Source of the DNA: a virus
Reading direction: 5' to 3' (one strand)
IMG/VR virus record: IMGVR_UViG_3300014208_001418
DNA: 64,000 nucleotides
The position numbers were made by a program, and so were the translations under genes. This document shows, piece by piece, positions 31,265-41,110 of the stretch. How positions within the stretch are numbered: position 1 is the first letter of the stretch; each line of letters begins with the position of its first letter. The notes below the pieces were generated by a model. That model searched no databases and was not told the DNA's origin. It worked only from the letters and a program-made list of their open reading frames with translations.

Positions 31265-31837
31265 ATGGATGTTCCTTATTTAGTGGACAAAGAAGTTACG
31301 AATCTATTAACCTCTATAACAAACATTGAGCATAAAACAGCAATTCAGCTAGGAATCGATTTAGGTTGTCGTGTAGGTGAAATTATAACAATTCCGAACC
31401 TACCTGAATTCACTTCGAATATTCAAATCCTTGATAGCAAATCAGAGAACGAAGTAAAGAAAAGATCAAAAACAAGCAGAACCCCATATCGTCAATGTAT
31501 TATTACAAAAAGTACTTTAAATCAGGTAAGAACATTTCAAGAATATCTAAAAAAGATTAAAGACAATCGCAAGTTCTTATTTCCCTACGACGAGAAAACT
31601 CTAAATAGGTGGATTAAACATTGGTGTGATGTAGCGGGAATCAAACGTAACAATCCACGCCTTATTAGGTGGCACATGGTAAGACACACTTATATTCAAA
31701 ACTGTATCGATAAGCGTGTTGAATTAAAAAAAATATCACTTCAAACTGGAGATAGTACACATACCTTACTTCGATATTATAACAATTATACTCTAGAACA
31801 ACGTCTACAAACAGCAGAGGAGACAAGTTTAGTGTGA
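31265..31837 (+). CDS. Tyrosine recombinase, catalytic domain only
   Basis: LGCRVGEI, RWHMVRHTY, QTGD, LLRYY. Confidence 0.8.
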   Translation: MDVPYLVDKEVTNLLTSITNIEHKTAIQLGIDLGCRVGEIITIPNLPEFTSNIQILDSKSENEVKKRSKTSRTPYRQCIITKSTLNQVRTFQEYLKKIKDNRKFLFPYDEKTLNRWIKHWCDVAGIKRNNPRLIRWHMVRHTYIQNCIDKRVELKKISLQTGDSTHTLLRYYNNYTLEQRLQTAEETSLV

Positions 31838-32062
31838 ACAAAATTAGTAAGAACAAAAAATATATGAACGAAACAGAAAAAATAGCGTATAAGTATTTAT
31901 TATCATTAGGATATGCAGATTCAGATATTAGATATCATACTAATATTAGTCCTGATTTTGTAACAAGAGATGGGAAACGATGGGAAGTTAAAAAGGGAAG
32001 CGATAAAAGAAGATCAATTGCAATTTTTACAAATGCCCAACTATTAACTATGAATTTTAACT
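31834..32062 (+). pseudogene. Small PD-(D/E)xK nuclease-like gene, apparently interrupted by an IS end
   Basis: SPDFVTRDGKRWEVKK; frame runs into the IS hairpin at about 32063. Confidence 0.5.
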
Positions 32063-32330
32063 TGTGGGGTCAAGGGGTAGAGAATTCCCCTTCCGTGAGG
32101 TGGGGGATGAATCGTACCCCTTGAACATGAGTCACAGACACCGAAACAACTATATTGTTTCAGATACGTTGAAAATCAGAGTGAGAAATAGTATGTAGCT
32201 AACAAAGAAAATTAGAATTTTTTTCCACACCGGATCAAGAAGAGGTATTATGCTATCTCTCCGAGCGGTGCAGGCTACTCTATAACTTTGCTTTAGCAGA
32301 ACGAAGAAAATATTGTGAAGATCATAAAGA
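32063..32330 (+). mobile_element. IS200/IS605-family remnant (subterminal hairpin plus truncated tnpB)
   Basis: 10-bp inverted repeat TCAAGGGGTA 32070-32079 / TACCCCTTGA 32115-32124 enclosing TCCCC...GGGGA. Confidence 0.7.
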
Positions 32331-32457
32331 AGAAATAAGAATTCGCCAGCTAATTATATATACTACAGCCTCAGAATACATCGAAAAGAATGACCTAAGA
32401 CCAAAAATAGGAAGAAAAGCAAGATTGAAAGACGTAAAATCTGATGAACAACTTTAA
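32193..32457 (+). pseudogene. tnpB: TnpB N-terminal fragment
   Basis: M*LTKKIRIF-(+1 T)-STPDQEEVLCYLSERCRLLYNFALAERR, typical OrfB HTH; stop at codon 2, frameshift, no RuvC domain. Confidence 0.75.
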
Positions 32458-32483
32458 ATACTAATCCAACATCTCTCAACACA

Positions 32484-34151
32484 ATGTCATACCCCGAATC
32501 CCCTGATCCCTTAACAGGAAAAGCACCTGTACATCAAGCAACAGCTTTAGAGAACGCTAAGCTCGCTTTAGTTCAAATGGGAAAAACAACTATACGCCCA
32601 TCCTCCACAAAGCTCGCAGATAAATACGAGATCATCGTCACAAAACTAGCATCTCCAATAACCTTCGAATATCTTCGCAAATCCTATACAGTTTCAGACG
32701 GATATCTTATCTCTCACACATCTCCCAAGCACTTCCATAAGATCCTAAAAGACATAAAATCAATTCCACAAGCTAAATATGTTTCCAACCTAAAAAATTG
32801 GTATATCCCCACCTCCTCTCTTCCCGAACTCTTATCCTTCATGTCAAAATACGCAATCGAATCTCTAGAAATAACTGAAATACCCCCACTCTCATCGGGT
32901 CTAGGAGAATTAACTATAGAAAATATCAATATCTCTAATGTTAGAAATGCTATACGTGACTTAGGATATGATGCATTTGATCATTCAAAAACAAAAACGA
33001 TTCCCGACTATTTAAAAACAATAGAACAAGTAATTAGGAACAAAATCTCATCAGGATATACAATACCTAGTTCTACTTCTGAACATACTATTGTTGCAGA
33101 TCACATTAAAACATTATACGCTGAAATATTGCAAGAAAAAAACCATAATACTTCCTTTCATTTATTTCGTGTAGGCGATAAAGTAGAAGCTTATTTCGAT
33201 GCTACACATCACATCCCCGCAGTTATAAACTTCGTGGGTAGTGATGAAATAAAAGTAACTCTTAGCGAAGGCTTAGTACATCCTAATGGAAGAAATTTTG
33301 AGCCTAAAGAACGAATTTCTTTCGATTATCCTTTTGTAAATGACGAAAAGATAGTTCTCATAGATTCATCTTCATCTTCTCAAAATTCTCAATCATATGC
33401 TTCTCCCGAAGTTCTTTCACGACCTCTGAGCGAGAGAATCTATGAAAATCTAACAGATACTTCCTCTGACGACAAAGAACTTACAGACGAAGAATTAACG
33501 ACCTACACAACGAAAATGTTTTCAAGTCCCAACCTCAAAAACTCAATACTCAACACTATCAAGAGCTTAGGAACACAATGGGAAGATACATTCAGACCTT
33601 CTATAGCAGGAACAGTAGGAAGAATACCATCGTCAACGACCCACCCATCTAAAAAACTCAGCAATCGAAATCTCCAGAATTTCATAAAAGAAATCGAAGA
33701 CAAGTACATAGCTGAATCAAAAGCAAAGGGTGAAAAACAAGTAGATCAAAACGAGATCGTAAAAATGATCAAGCAAATTCTAAAACTTGTTTATCCTGAC
33801 ACCAAGTTCTCTGTTCGAGGCTCTCGATATTCAATGGGGCACTCAATAGATGTCCGTTACGATTTAGGCCCAACATCAAAAGAGGTTAATGCCTTAGTCG
33901 GAAAATATCATGACAAGTCGTTTGACGGGATGAATGATAGTACTTCTTATTTAAACACTCCATGGAACACTGATAGCGTCAGCGTCAGTAGAAATATTCC
34001 TGATGACAAAAGATTTCAAGTGGCAAATAAAATTTTATTAGAGAACGAGTTATCAAAAACTGTTTCGACATGGTCAGAAATGAATGTAAAAGTAAACGAC
34101 AAATGGTTACAAGATATAGTAAATGAATACTTTAGTGAAACGAGCTTTTAA
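32484..34151 (+). CDS. Polyvalent-type protein with C-terminal LPD29-like domain
   Basis: IKQILKLVYPDTKFSVRGSRYSMGHSIDVRY...FDGMND; N-terminal KYVSNLKNWYIP (HARP-like). Confidence 0.65.
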   Translation: MSYPESPDPLTGKAPVHQATALENAKLALVQMGKTTIRPSSTKLADKYEIIVTKLASPITFEYLRKSYTVSDGYLISHTSPKHFHKILKDIKSIPQAKYVSNLKNWYIPTSSLPELLSFMSKYAIESLEITEIPPLSSGLGELTIENINISNVRNAIRDLGYDAFDHSKTKTIPDYLKTIEQVIRNKISSGYTIPSSTSEHTIVADHIKTLYAEILQEKNHNTSFHLFRVGDKVEAYFDATHHIPAVINFVGSDEIKVTLSEGLVHPNGRNFEPKERISFDYPFVNDEKIVLIDSSSSSQNSQSYASPEVLSRPLSERIYENLTDTSSDDKELTDEELTTYTTKMFSSPNLKNSILNTIKSLGTQWEDTFRPSIAGTVGRIPSSTTHPSKKLSNRNLQNFIKEIEDKYIAESKAKGEKQVDQNEIVKMIKQILKLVYPDTKFSVRGSRYSMGHSIDVRYDLGPTSKEVNALVGKYHDKSFDGMNDSTSYLNTPWNTDSVSVSRNIPDDKRFQVANKILLENELSKTVSTWSEMNVKVNDKWLQDIVNEYFSETSF

Positions 34152-34874
34152 ATGGTTAGGAATGAATTATTTTTTAATGAAATTGATAATGAATTCAAAG
34201 CTTACTGGCTAGGATTTATTTATGGAGATGGATGTATTTACCAAATTTACGATAAAGTTTATGGTAAATTAAATACAGGATCTCTTAATATAATGTTAAG
34301 TAAAAAAGATGAAAATCATCTTAAAAAATTTTCTGACATTTTCAGTACAACTCTATATTCTAATGAAAAAAGGAATGAATGCAGAGTTAGTATATGTAAT
34401 AAAAATATTTTTTATGACTTAAAAGATTTGGGAATGCCAGAAAGAGATATGAAAGTAATAATAAAAAAAGTGCCAGAAAAATTAATGAATCATTTTATCA
34501 GAGGATTATTTGACGCAGACGGGAGCGTTTATCTTAGAAAACGAATAAAAGGAACATCATTGGGAATAGGGATAGACATAGTATTCTCTAATATGGAGAT
34601 AGCTATTGATATTCAAAACATTTTATGTAAAAATACCTCTTTAAGTAAAACAAAGATATATGAATATAAAAAACAAAACTGTTTTAGACTCACGTATGGC
34701 GGAAGTGAAATGCCTTTATTTTTTGCTAATTAGATATACAAAGATTCTCATATTGTTCTTGAAAGAAAATATAACATCTTCAAAGATTATTACCTTAATC
34801 TATTAAATGAACCTACAACAGGAATAGCATATGAGGACTATATTGGTTTTCCAGATTTAGATTTGTTTGCGTAG
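34152..34874 (+). pseudogene. Double-motif LAGLIDADG homing endonuclease with one in-frame TAG (34731-34733)
   Basis: KAYWLGFIYGDGCI, FIRGLFDADGSV; same frame continues IYKDSHIVLERKY...DLDLFA. Confidence 0.8.
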
Positions 34875-34878
34875 CATA

Positions 34879-34941
34879 AAAATCCAAGATAAATGGTTGC
34901 AAGATTTGTTAAATGAATACTTTGAAGTCACATCTTTGTAA
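34879..34941 (+). repeat. Displaced duplicate of the LPD29-gene 3' end
   Basis: KIQDKWLQDLLNEYFEVTSL* versus KVNDKWLQDIVNEYFSETSF* at 34089-34151. Confidence 0.85.
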
Positions 34942-34990
34942 TCTTTTTATCTCCTTTTTCCTTACTTAAATCCAACTTCATAACATTACT

Positions 34991-35019
34991 TTTATATACT
35001 TAGTCGTAGTAGTAGCAGT
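34991..35019 (+). promoter_or_regulatory. TATA + AGT-motif promoter, leaderless
   Basis: TTTATATACT, GTAGTAGTAGCA 35006-35017, ATG 35020. Confidence 0.8.
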
Positions 35020-35592
35020 ATGTTTGAAAACCTAAAAAACACAACGATCATAACTATTGAAGGGAAAGACGGAAGCGGGAAGACAACCGTGGCAAAAATC
35101 CTAGCAGAAAAACTAAACGCCGAACTTATCAGCTTTCCAAAATATAATTCCCTAGCAGGTTCACGAATAAAACAAATTCTCACAAAGCAAATCCCTTTCC
35201 CGGGAGAACTTGAATTTCAATCACTTCAGCTTGCAGACAAAATAGAAGCATATAGAATACTAAATAACTATACTAAAATTCCTGAAACCATTGTCAATTG
35301 CCGATATTACGAGTCATCTTACGTTTATGCTAAAGCAAATGAAGGAGTTCCTCTTCAGTACCTTGTGAACATAAATTCAGTCCTACCTCAAAGCACACTC
35401 TCATTCGTTCTTAGCGGAAAGAACTACGGTAAAAACTCTGATTTCTACGAAACTGATCCAATGCAGAAAAAAGTATCATACCTCTATTTATCCTACGCTA
35501 AAAAATTCAAGTGGAACATCATAAACAATGAACAGCCTATCGAATCAGTAGTAAACGAGATCATAAGTAAAATTCATGCATACAACAACTAA
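35020..35592 (+). CDS. tmk: Thymidylate kinase
   Basis: IEGKDGSGKTT, ISFPKY, CRYYESSYVY. Confidence 0.8.
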   Translation: MFENLKNTTIITIEGKDGSGKTTVAKILAEKLNAELISFPKYNSLAGSRIKQILTKQIPFPGELEFQSLQLADKIEAYRILNNYTKIPETIVNCRYYESSYVYAKANEGVPLQYLVNINSVLPQSTLSFVLSGKNYGKNSDFYETDPMQKKVSYLYLSYAKKFKWNIINNEQPIESVVNEIISKIHAYNN

Positions 35593-36088
35593 GTCAGGAA
35601 TGATAATGTCATTAAAATTAAGACTAGGAATAGATATTGATAACACCCTTACCAACGAAAATCCATTTAAAGATATTCAACCATTTCAACTTGAAGAACG
35701 ACAAGAATCTATAGAAGCTTCTATTTTATCCTGTACTCCAAAACCCGGAATAGAAGTTCTTAGAACTACTCCACATCTCATTCACTTAGTAACAGGTAGA
35801 CAAGAAATGTTTCGTTCAGCTACAATAGAATGGCTTAATAACAACAATATTCCCTTCCATTCTATTACTACGTGTCCTATAGGTCTTTATATTCATAATT
35901 TCGATCCTATCCTTTATCATAACTATAAAATAAATGCCTACCAGTCCCGAAACGTTGATTATATTTTTGAAGATGACCTAAAATTAATTTCTCTCCTCTC
36001 ATCATTAGGTCTTAAAGCCTATCACGTAGATAAAAGCTTCAAAACAGCTTACGATAGAGTATTTTCTCCTATAAAATCAATGAGGTAA
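35576..36088 (+). CDS. HAD-superfamily nucleotidase-like protein
   Basis: LGIDIDNTL, LVTGR, TIEWL, FEDD. Confidence 0.75.
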   Translation: MHTTTKSGMIMSLKLRLGIDIDNTLTNENPFKDIQPFQLEERQESIEASILSCTPKPGIEVLRTTPHLIHLVTGRQEMFRSATIEWLNNNNIPFHSITTCPIGLYIHNFDPILYHNYKINAYQSRNVDYIFEDDLKLISLLSSLGLKAYHVDKSFKTAYDRVFSPIKSMR

Positions 36089-36091
36089 ATC

Positions 36092-36562
36092 ATGTTAATC
36101 AATAACACTGAAATCAAAAAAATATCCACAATATCATGCAATCACTTACAAGACGAAATCGAAGCAGTCGAAGCATTACTTAAATCTCTTCAATCAGAGA
36201 TGATTCGCAGGGACCAGTTAGTGACAGGAAAACCTTCAAATTTCTCAATGACAAACCACTTCGATTACTTCGATAAAACAGTTCAGGAATGCAAGCGCAA
36301 AGTCTATCAACGAGAACCCAAATACGCTCATAGTCCAAAGTATTCCACACCCGAAGCACTCAGGATTCATCTCATCGAAGAAATATTCGAATTCTTCAAA
36401 GTCGATCCCACAATAAAAGTCCTATTCTATGACTCACTACCCGATGACCTTACTGATGAATCATTTGACATCCCTGAACTCATAGACATCATTAACCTTT
36501 GTTGGATGTATAAATGGTCAGTAGAAAATAAAAATCCTATAAATACTAGAGTTCCTCTATGA
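36092..36562 (+). CDS. All-alpha NTP pyrophosphatase (MazG-like)
   Basis: HLIEEIFEF ... ELIDIINLC. Confidence 0.55.
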   Translation: MLINNTEIKKISTISCNHLQDEIEAVEALLKSLQSEMIRRDQLVTGKPSNFSMTNHFDYFDKTVQECKRKVYQREPKYAHSPKYSTPEALRIHLIEEIFEFFKVDPTIKVLFYDSLPDDLTDESFDIPELIDIINLCWMYKWSVENKNPINTRVPL

Positions 36563-36741
36563 CACAAACCCCCTATGAAAAACAACAGATAATCGAACAA
36601 ATCCGTCTTCAAGATCAAGAAAATAGTGGCTACCTATCCAAAAGAAAAATCAAAAACATGACCTCTGATGAACTAATCTTAAACCAAAAGCTCGTTGAGG
36701 TAGAAATAGAATCAAGAGGACTAGGAATGCTATTCGATTAA
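36559..36741 (+). CDS. Small hypothetical protein
   Basis: Coupled ORF. Confidence 0.5.
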   Translation: MTQTPYEKQQIIEQIRLQDQENSGYLSKRKIKNMTSDELILNQKLVEVEIESRGLGMLFD

Positions 36742-36752
36742 GGAGAAAACTT

Positions 36753-37550
36753 ATGACTAAAATAAAACCCAAATCAGTCGATGTAATTGATGAGAAAAAC
36801 TCATTCGGAGAAGCATGGAGAAGAGGTTTACGTCATATAAAAATGTTCGGTAAACCCATAGAATTCGGAACAGAAAAAGAACTTAAATATGCAACAGATG
36901 TTTGCCTAATCGTATCTCTCACCGAAAACGCCTTATCTGAAGCAATCTCAGGAAAGTTTCATCCCCAATTTCCAACCCGTCAAAAAATGCGTGACGGTTA
37001 CATAAGAGAATGGGATAGAGATTACGACTGGAAATCCCAAGGCTTTACCTACTGTTACGAAGACAGAGCTGAAGCATATCAAGGATTTAAAAAAGAAGAA
37101 ATAAGATTGCAACACGCTGATTTTCCAAACAACGAAGAAATGGGTTTCGATTCTTCTATCTTTAAAAATCGCACAATAGATCAATGGAAGCTCGCAAAAG
37201 AAGACCTATCTTCCCAAATATCGACAGGTATCTCCTCCAATCGCAACGTCATAGTTATAGGTAATCCTTCCATAGACAGATTTGAAATCCCCGATTCTCC
37301 TCCCTGTCTTCGTGAACTCTTTATCAGACTCGAAGGCTTCGAAGACGGAACTCCAATATGTTCTGCTCATTGGGTTTTCCGCTCACGAGATTTCGGAATA
37401 GCGTGGCCCACTAACATTACTGGAATATTATCAGCAATACATCGTGAAGTCCTCATTCCAAACAAAGCAAAGTTAAACCAAGTAATAGATATCAGTCATT
37501 CAGCTCACGTTTATAGAGGCGATTATGACCTTTTCGACACAGTAAAATAA
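36753..37550 (+). CDS. thyA: Archaeal-type thymidylate synthase-like protein
   Basis: FTYCYEDR, SPPCL, FRSRD, WPTN, SAHVY. Confidence 0.8.
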   Translation: MTKIKPKSVDVIDEKNSFGEAWRRGLRHIKMFGKPIEFGTEKELKYATDVCLIVSLTENALSEAISGKFHPQFPTRQKMRDGYIREWDRDYDWKSQGFTYCYEDRAEAYQGFKKEEIRLQHADFPNNEEMGFDSSIFKNRTIDQWKLAKEDLSSQISTGISSNRNVIVIGNPSIDRFEIPDSPPCLRELFIRLEGFEDGTPICSAHWVFRSRDFGIAWPTNITGILSAIHREVLIPNKAKLNQVIDISHSAHVYRGDYDLFDTVK

Positions 37551-37693
37551 CCCTATCAAAAGAGATAAACCTATGCCAATATCAAACGCAACTAAAAGAA
37601 CTATAAAATCAGAAATCGCCTCTATAATGCAAAAGCATATTAAAGGCGATTCAGAATCACATATGACTTCCCTATCCTACAGCGAAATAGAAC

Positions 37694-38248
37694 TTGATGA
37701 ATTCATCGAATCCTACGAAAAAAATCTTCCAGAGTGAAAACATGCTCAAACAAATCAACAAATTTTTACAGAATCCAAGACGTGAAGTAAAAAAATTCTT
37801 TTGCACGTCATTCGGTGTGTACAAAGACGGAAAGACAGCAGTAAGCAACATTTATATTCTTTTTTTCGGAAGCCTTTATCTTTTCTTTTTAGGAATGATA
37901 GCGTATGCGACATATATAGTTATAATCCTTATATCACAGCTTCCAGCATTTCTGCTTTCCCTGACTAAAGCTGACCTGATATTTTTAATCAAAGAATTCT
38001 TAATTGCAACTCTTATATGGATAATACTTATAGGAATGGAAAGAACAGGTATATTTTCCTTATTAAACAACCTATTCATAAGAAAAGGTATAACCTGCGA
38101 GTACATGTCAATAACTCCAGAAGTTAAAGACATATTCGCAAAAATAGACTCTCTTCCCATTCCCCAAAAGAAAGAATTCTTACGTGCATCAACTGCCATC
38201 GAATGCAAACTCATAAATGATATTCAAGCACTCAAGGAGACTCAATAA
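37694..38248 (+). CDS. Membrane protein
   Basis: Two to three TM segments. Confidence 0.6.
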   Translation: MMNSSNPTKKIFQSENMLKQINKFLQNPRREVKKFFCTSFGVYKDGKTAVSNIYILFFGSLYLFFLGMIAYATYIVIILISQLPAFLLSLTKADLIFLIKEFLIATLIWIILIGMERTGIFSLLNNLFIRKGITCEYMSITPEVKDIFAKIDSLPIPQKKEFLRASTAIECKLINDIQALKETQ

Positions 38249-39223
38249 ATGGAAATTAACGAACTAATAGGCCTAAAAACGGGCTCACGCAATTTGGCGT
38301 GGACAACATCAGAAGGAACAAAAACAGTTCCCTCTTGTATAGGTGAAGAACTCGATATCCACAACAAAGTAATAAACTATATCTTCAATAAACCTGAAAA
38401 CAAACTCAGCAAATACCCCCTCAACAGAGGCATAGTAACAAATGCCTCCTCTCAAAATCTCCTGATAAAACTTCTTGAGCATACTCAAATCCCACGATTC
38501 TCTAACTTAGTCGTGGCTGCTCCTGAAACTGAGCTAACAGAAGGTCAGAATATGCTCAAAGATGCGATCATAAAAGCTTTAAGCCCCAACAAAGACTTTA
38601 TCCTCTATCCAGAATCCTTCTGCGGAGCCGTTTACAAGATGGGAGTCGATACAGCCCTGAACAATTTTTTCACAGCTTTAAACTTAGGTTCAACATCAAC
38701 AGGTATAGGAGTTTTCACCCCCATAGGCGAAAAGCGAAAACTCGTTTTAACAGCTACCAACGATGTTTCAGGCTCCTCTGTAGACGAAAAAATCCTTCAA
38801 CGCCTGAAAAATACATATGGCTCCGTAGTCGTGAACATCAGCAAAATCCAAGACCTCAAAGAGAAATCCTCTCTCAAACTTGAATCCAATGCCTTCACTC
38901 CCATAGACATTATTGAAGGCACTCACCAAAAAACGAAAGACTGCACCTCAGAGTTCCAAACAGAACTTGACCTATATGCCCAAGACGTATCCAATCTCTT
39001 CGTAAAAATATTCTCCCTGCCCAGTTCAACCTTCCGATACGACATGATCAATTCACCAGTAATTTTAACCGGTGGAATGGTAAATATCCCCGGAATGTCC
39101 CAACGCATAAAAAAATACATCGATGAAAAAACCAACGCCAACATCGATCTTCAGACAGTCGAAGACGGGCATCTCGCACCCGCAAAAGGTGGATTTTTGC
39201 TGGCAGGAGAACAATATTCATGA
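38249..39223 (+). CDS. Actin-fold (MreB/MamK-like) protein with degenerate phosphate motifs
   Basis: IGLKTGSRN, PLNRGIV, YPESFCGA, LNLGSTST, GSSVDEKI, VILTGGMVNIPGM. Confidence 0.75.
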   Translation: MEINELIGLKTGSRNLAWTTSEGTKTVPSCIGEELDIHNKVINYIFNKPENKLSKYPLNRGIVTNASSQNLLIKLLEHTQIPRFSNLVVAAPETELTEGQNMLKDAIIKALSPNKDFILYPESFCGAVYKMGVDTALNNFFTALNLGSTSTGIGVFTPIGEKRKLVLTATNDVSGSSVDEKILQRLKNTYGSVVVNISKIQDLKEKSSLKLESNAFTPIDIIEGTHQKTKDCTSEFQTELDLYAQDVSNLFVKIFSLPSSTFRYDMINSPVILTGGMVNIPGMSQRIKKYIDEKTNANIDLQTVEDGHLAPAKGGFLLAGEQYS

Positions 39224-39254
39224 AATACAGTAAAAAGTTTAAAAAGGAGTAATT

Positions 39255-40558
39255 ATGGCATCAGTATTACAATTATGGACGGATAAAATATCATTAAAAG
39301 CACAAGCAGTTTTAATTAGTGCAATCAGAAGACCTGATGGTGTAAATGCTAAATATTCATCTGATATTGTTAGATGGATAAGAGCAAATACACTCAACGA
39401 CGGAAATGCTGGGAAAGGAGACTTTCTAAAAACAAACGATCTTCCTTCAGTTGAAGACAAAGAATTTCAAAAAGAATTTGTAACACTTTCATTGCACGCT
39501 GTTTTACATATTATTCATGCAGTAGAAGTCATAGGATATTGTCATCCAGATGAAGATATTCAAACAGCGGGCACAAACTTCTATACTGACATTTGCGATA
39601 TGTTTCATATGAATCATGAAGGTATAAACATTATGAAACTCAGACTTTCAGATGGAAATGTAGCAAATTGTTGGAAATAGTTAAGGAGCAATATTTATGG
39701 AAGAAGAAACTCAAATATCTCAAAACACCTTTGATAAGCTTGCAAGAAACAGCCTGCTTCCTGAAGAGATATGTGACAATGAAAGCAACAAAACCATTGA
39801 AGTCATAGTCTGCACTTCAATTTCAGGAGGAGCCCGTTATATCGATAATATGCCTGAAACTCTTGAACTTGAAAGAACTCTCGCAGATGGCAGGAAATTC
39901 AAAAAAAGATATATACAGGTGACGTTATGAACAACGAAAAAGAAGTTCCTATTTTTGTATCTTCATCTCCCAATCCTATAGATTCAAAAGACATAAACTA
40001 TATCATCATAGTCAATGACAGCCCCAATTTCGAAGTAGTCATAAAAATGAAAGAGTCAGTAGCTAAAGACCTCCTGCATAAGCTAATGCTCGAAATCGGA
40101 AAGAACAAAATCAACGTGGAGAATAAAGAATGATAGATAACCTAATTAAAGTCGTCCTAAGAGAGAACTATGATGTTCGCCACGAAGCCTTTTCCACAAG
40201 AGATTCATCAAAAGTCGATAAGAATGCTAAACAAAAAATAGTCGTTAAAAGCGCCTATACAAAGACAGGCCTATACATTGGAGATGAAAAAGATGCGATC
40301 AGATTGTTCAAATTAGGAATCGTTCCTGAATATGTCTCCAAATCCTCCAACGTATGCTCAATAGGATTTTGTGCTAAAGAACAGAAATGGTATGGATGGT
40401 CTAACAGAGCTATCGCAGGATTCGCTATCGGGGACATGATCTATGATCCTTTCTTTGGAAACGAAAACACTCCTTTCAATCAACATGGCTTACTAACAAT
40501 AAGGAATCTATCTGAAGCAAAACAATCAGCTATTAACTTCGCTGAGGATGTAAGTTAA
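39255..40558 (+). CDS. Four hypothetical ORFs (39255-39680, 39697-39930, 39927-40133, 40130-40558)
   Basis: GGAG RBSs, coupled. Confidence 0.6.
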
Positions 40559-40567
40559 GAGGTAACT

Positions 40568-41110
40568 ATGCAAATTTTAAGATCAAAAACACTCAAAGAC
40601 TTGTTCTTAGAAACAGGGATCATAAAAATAAATGGAGCTGAAAGCAGAAATAGAATTCTTGTCGACACTAAAGAAACAGTCACAAATCCTGACATCCTAA
40701 ACGAGATAGTCAACACCATAACAGATATAGGAACCACTAAAGACTGGTGCTTTGATAAAATAGCTTCTTTTTCTTTGGGGGGATTTCCGATTGCAACTGC
40801 CTTATCGTTAGCATGGAATGAAAATCAAATAATTATCTCCCCAAAATCCTATATTGAAACTCAAATAAGCAATCTCCCCCCACGAATTATCGGAGACTGC
40901 CTGTTTCAAACATGCTTATTAGTCGAGGATCATGCTTTTTCAGGAGAAAGAATCGTATTTACTACCAATGAGATACGTGAATCAGGTGGAAGCGTTACAG
41001 ATGCCATAGTCCTCATAGACTTAGAAACAGGTGCAGAAGAGCTTTGTGCCAAACATGGGATAACACTTCATTCCTGCATCAAAAAATCAGATTACAACAA
41101 CTTATTATAG
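40568..41110 (+). CDS. pyrE: Orotate phosphoribosyltransferase-like PRTase
   Basis: LGGFPIATALS, LLVEDHAFSG, GGSV-AIVLID-GAEE. Confidence 0.65.
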   Translation: MQILRSKTLKDLFLETGIIKINGAESRNRILVDTKETVTNPDILNEIVNTITDIGTTKDWCFDKIASFSLGGFPIATALSLAWNENQIIISPKSYIETQISNLPPRIIGDCLFQTCLLVEDHAFSGERIVFTTNEIRESGGSVTDAIVLIDLETGAEELCAKHGITLHSCIKKSDYNNLL

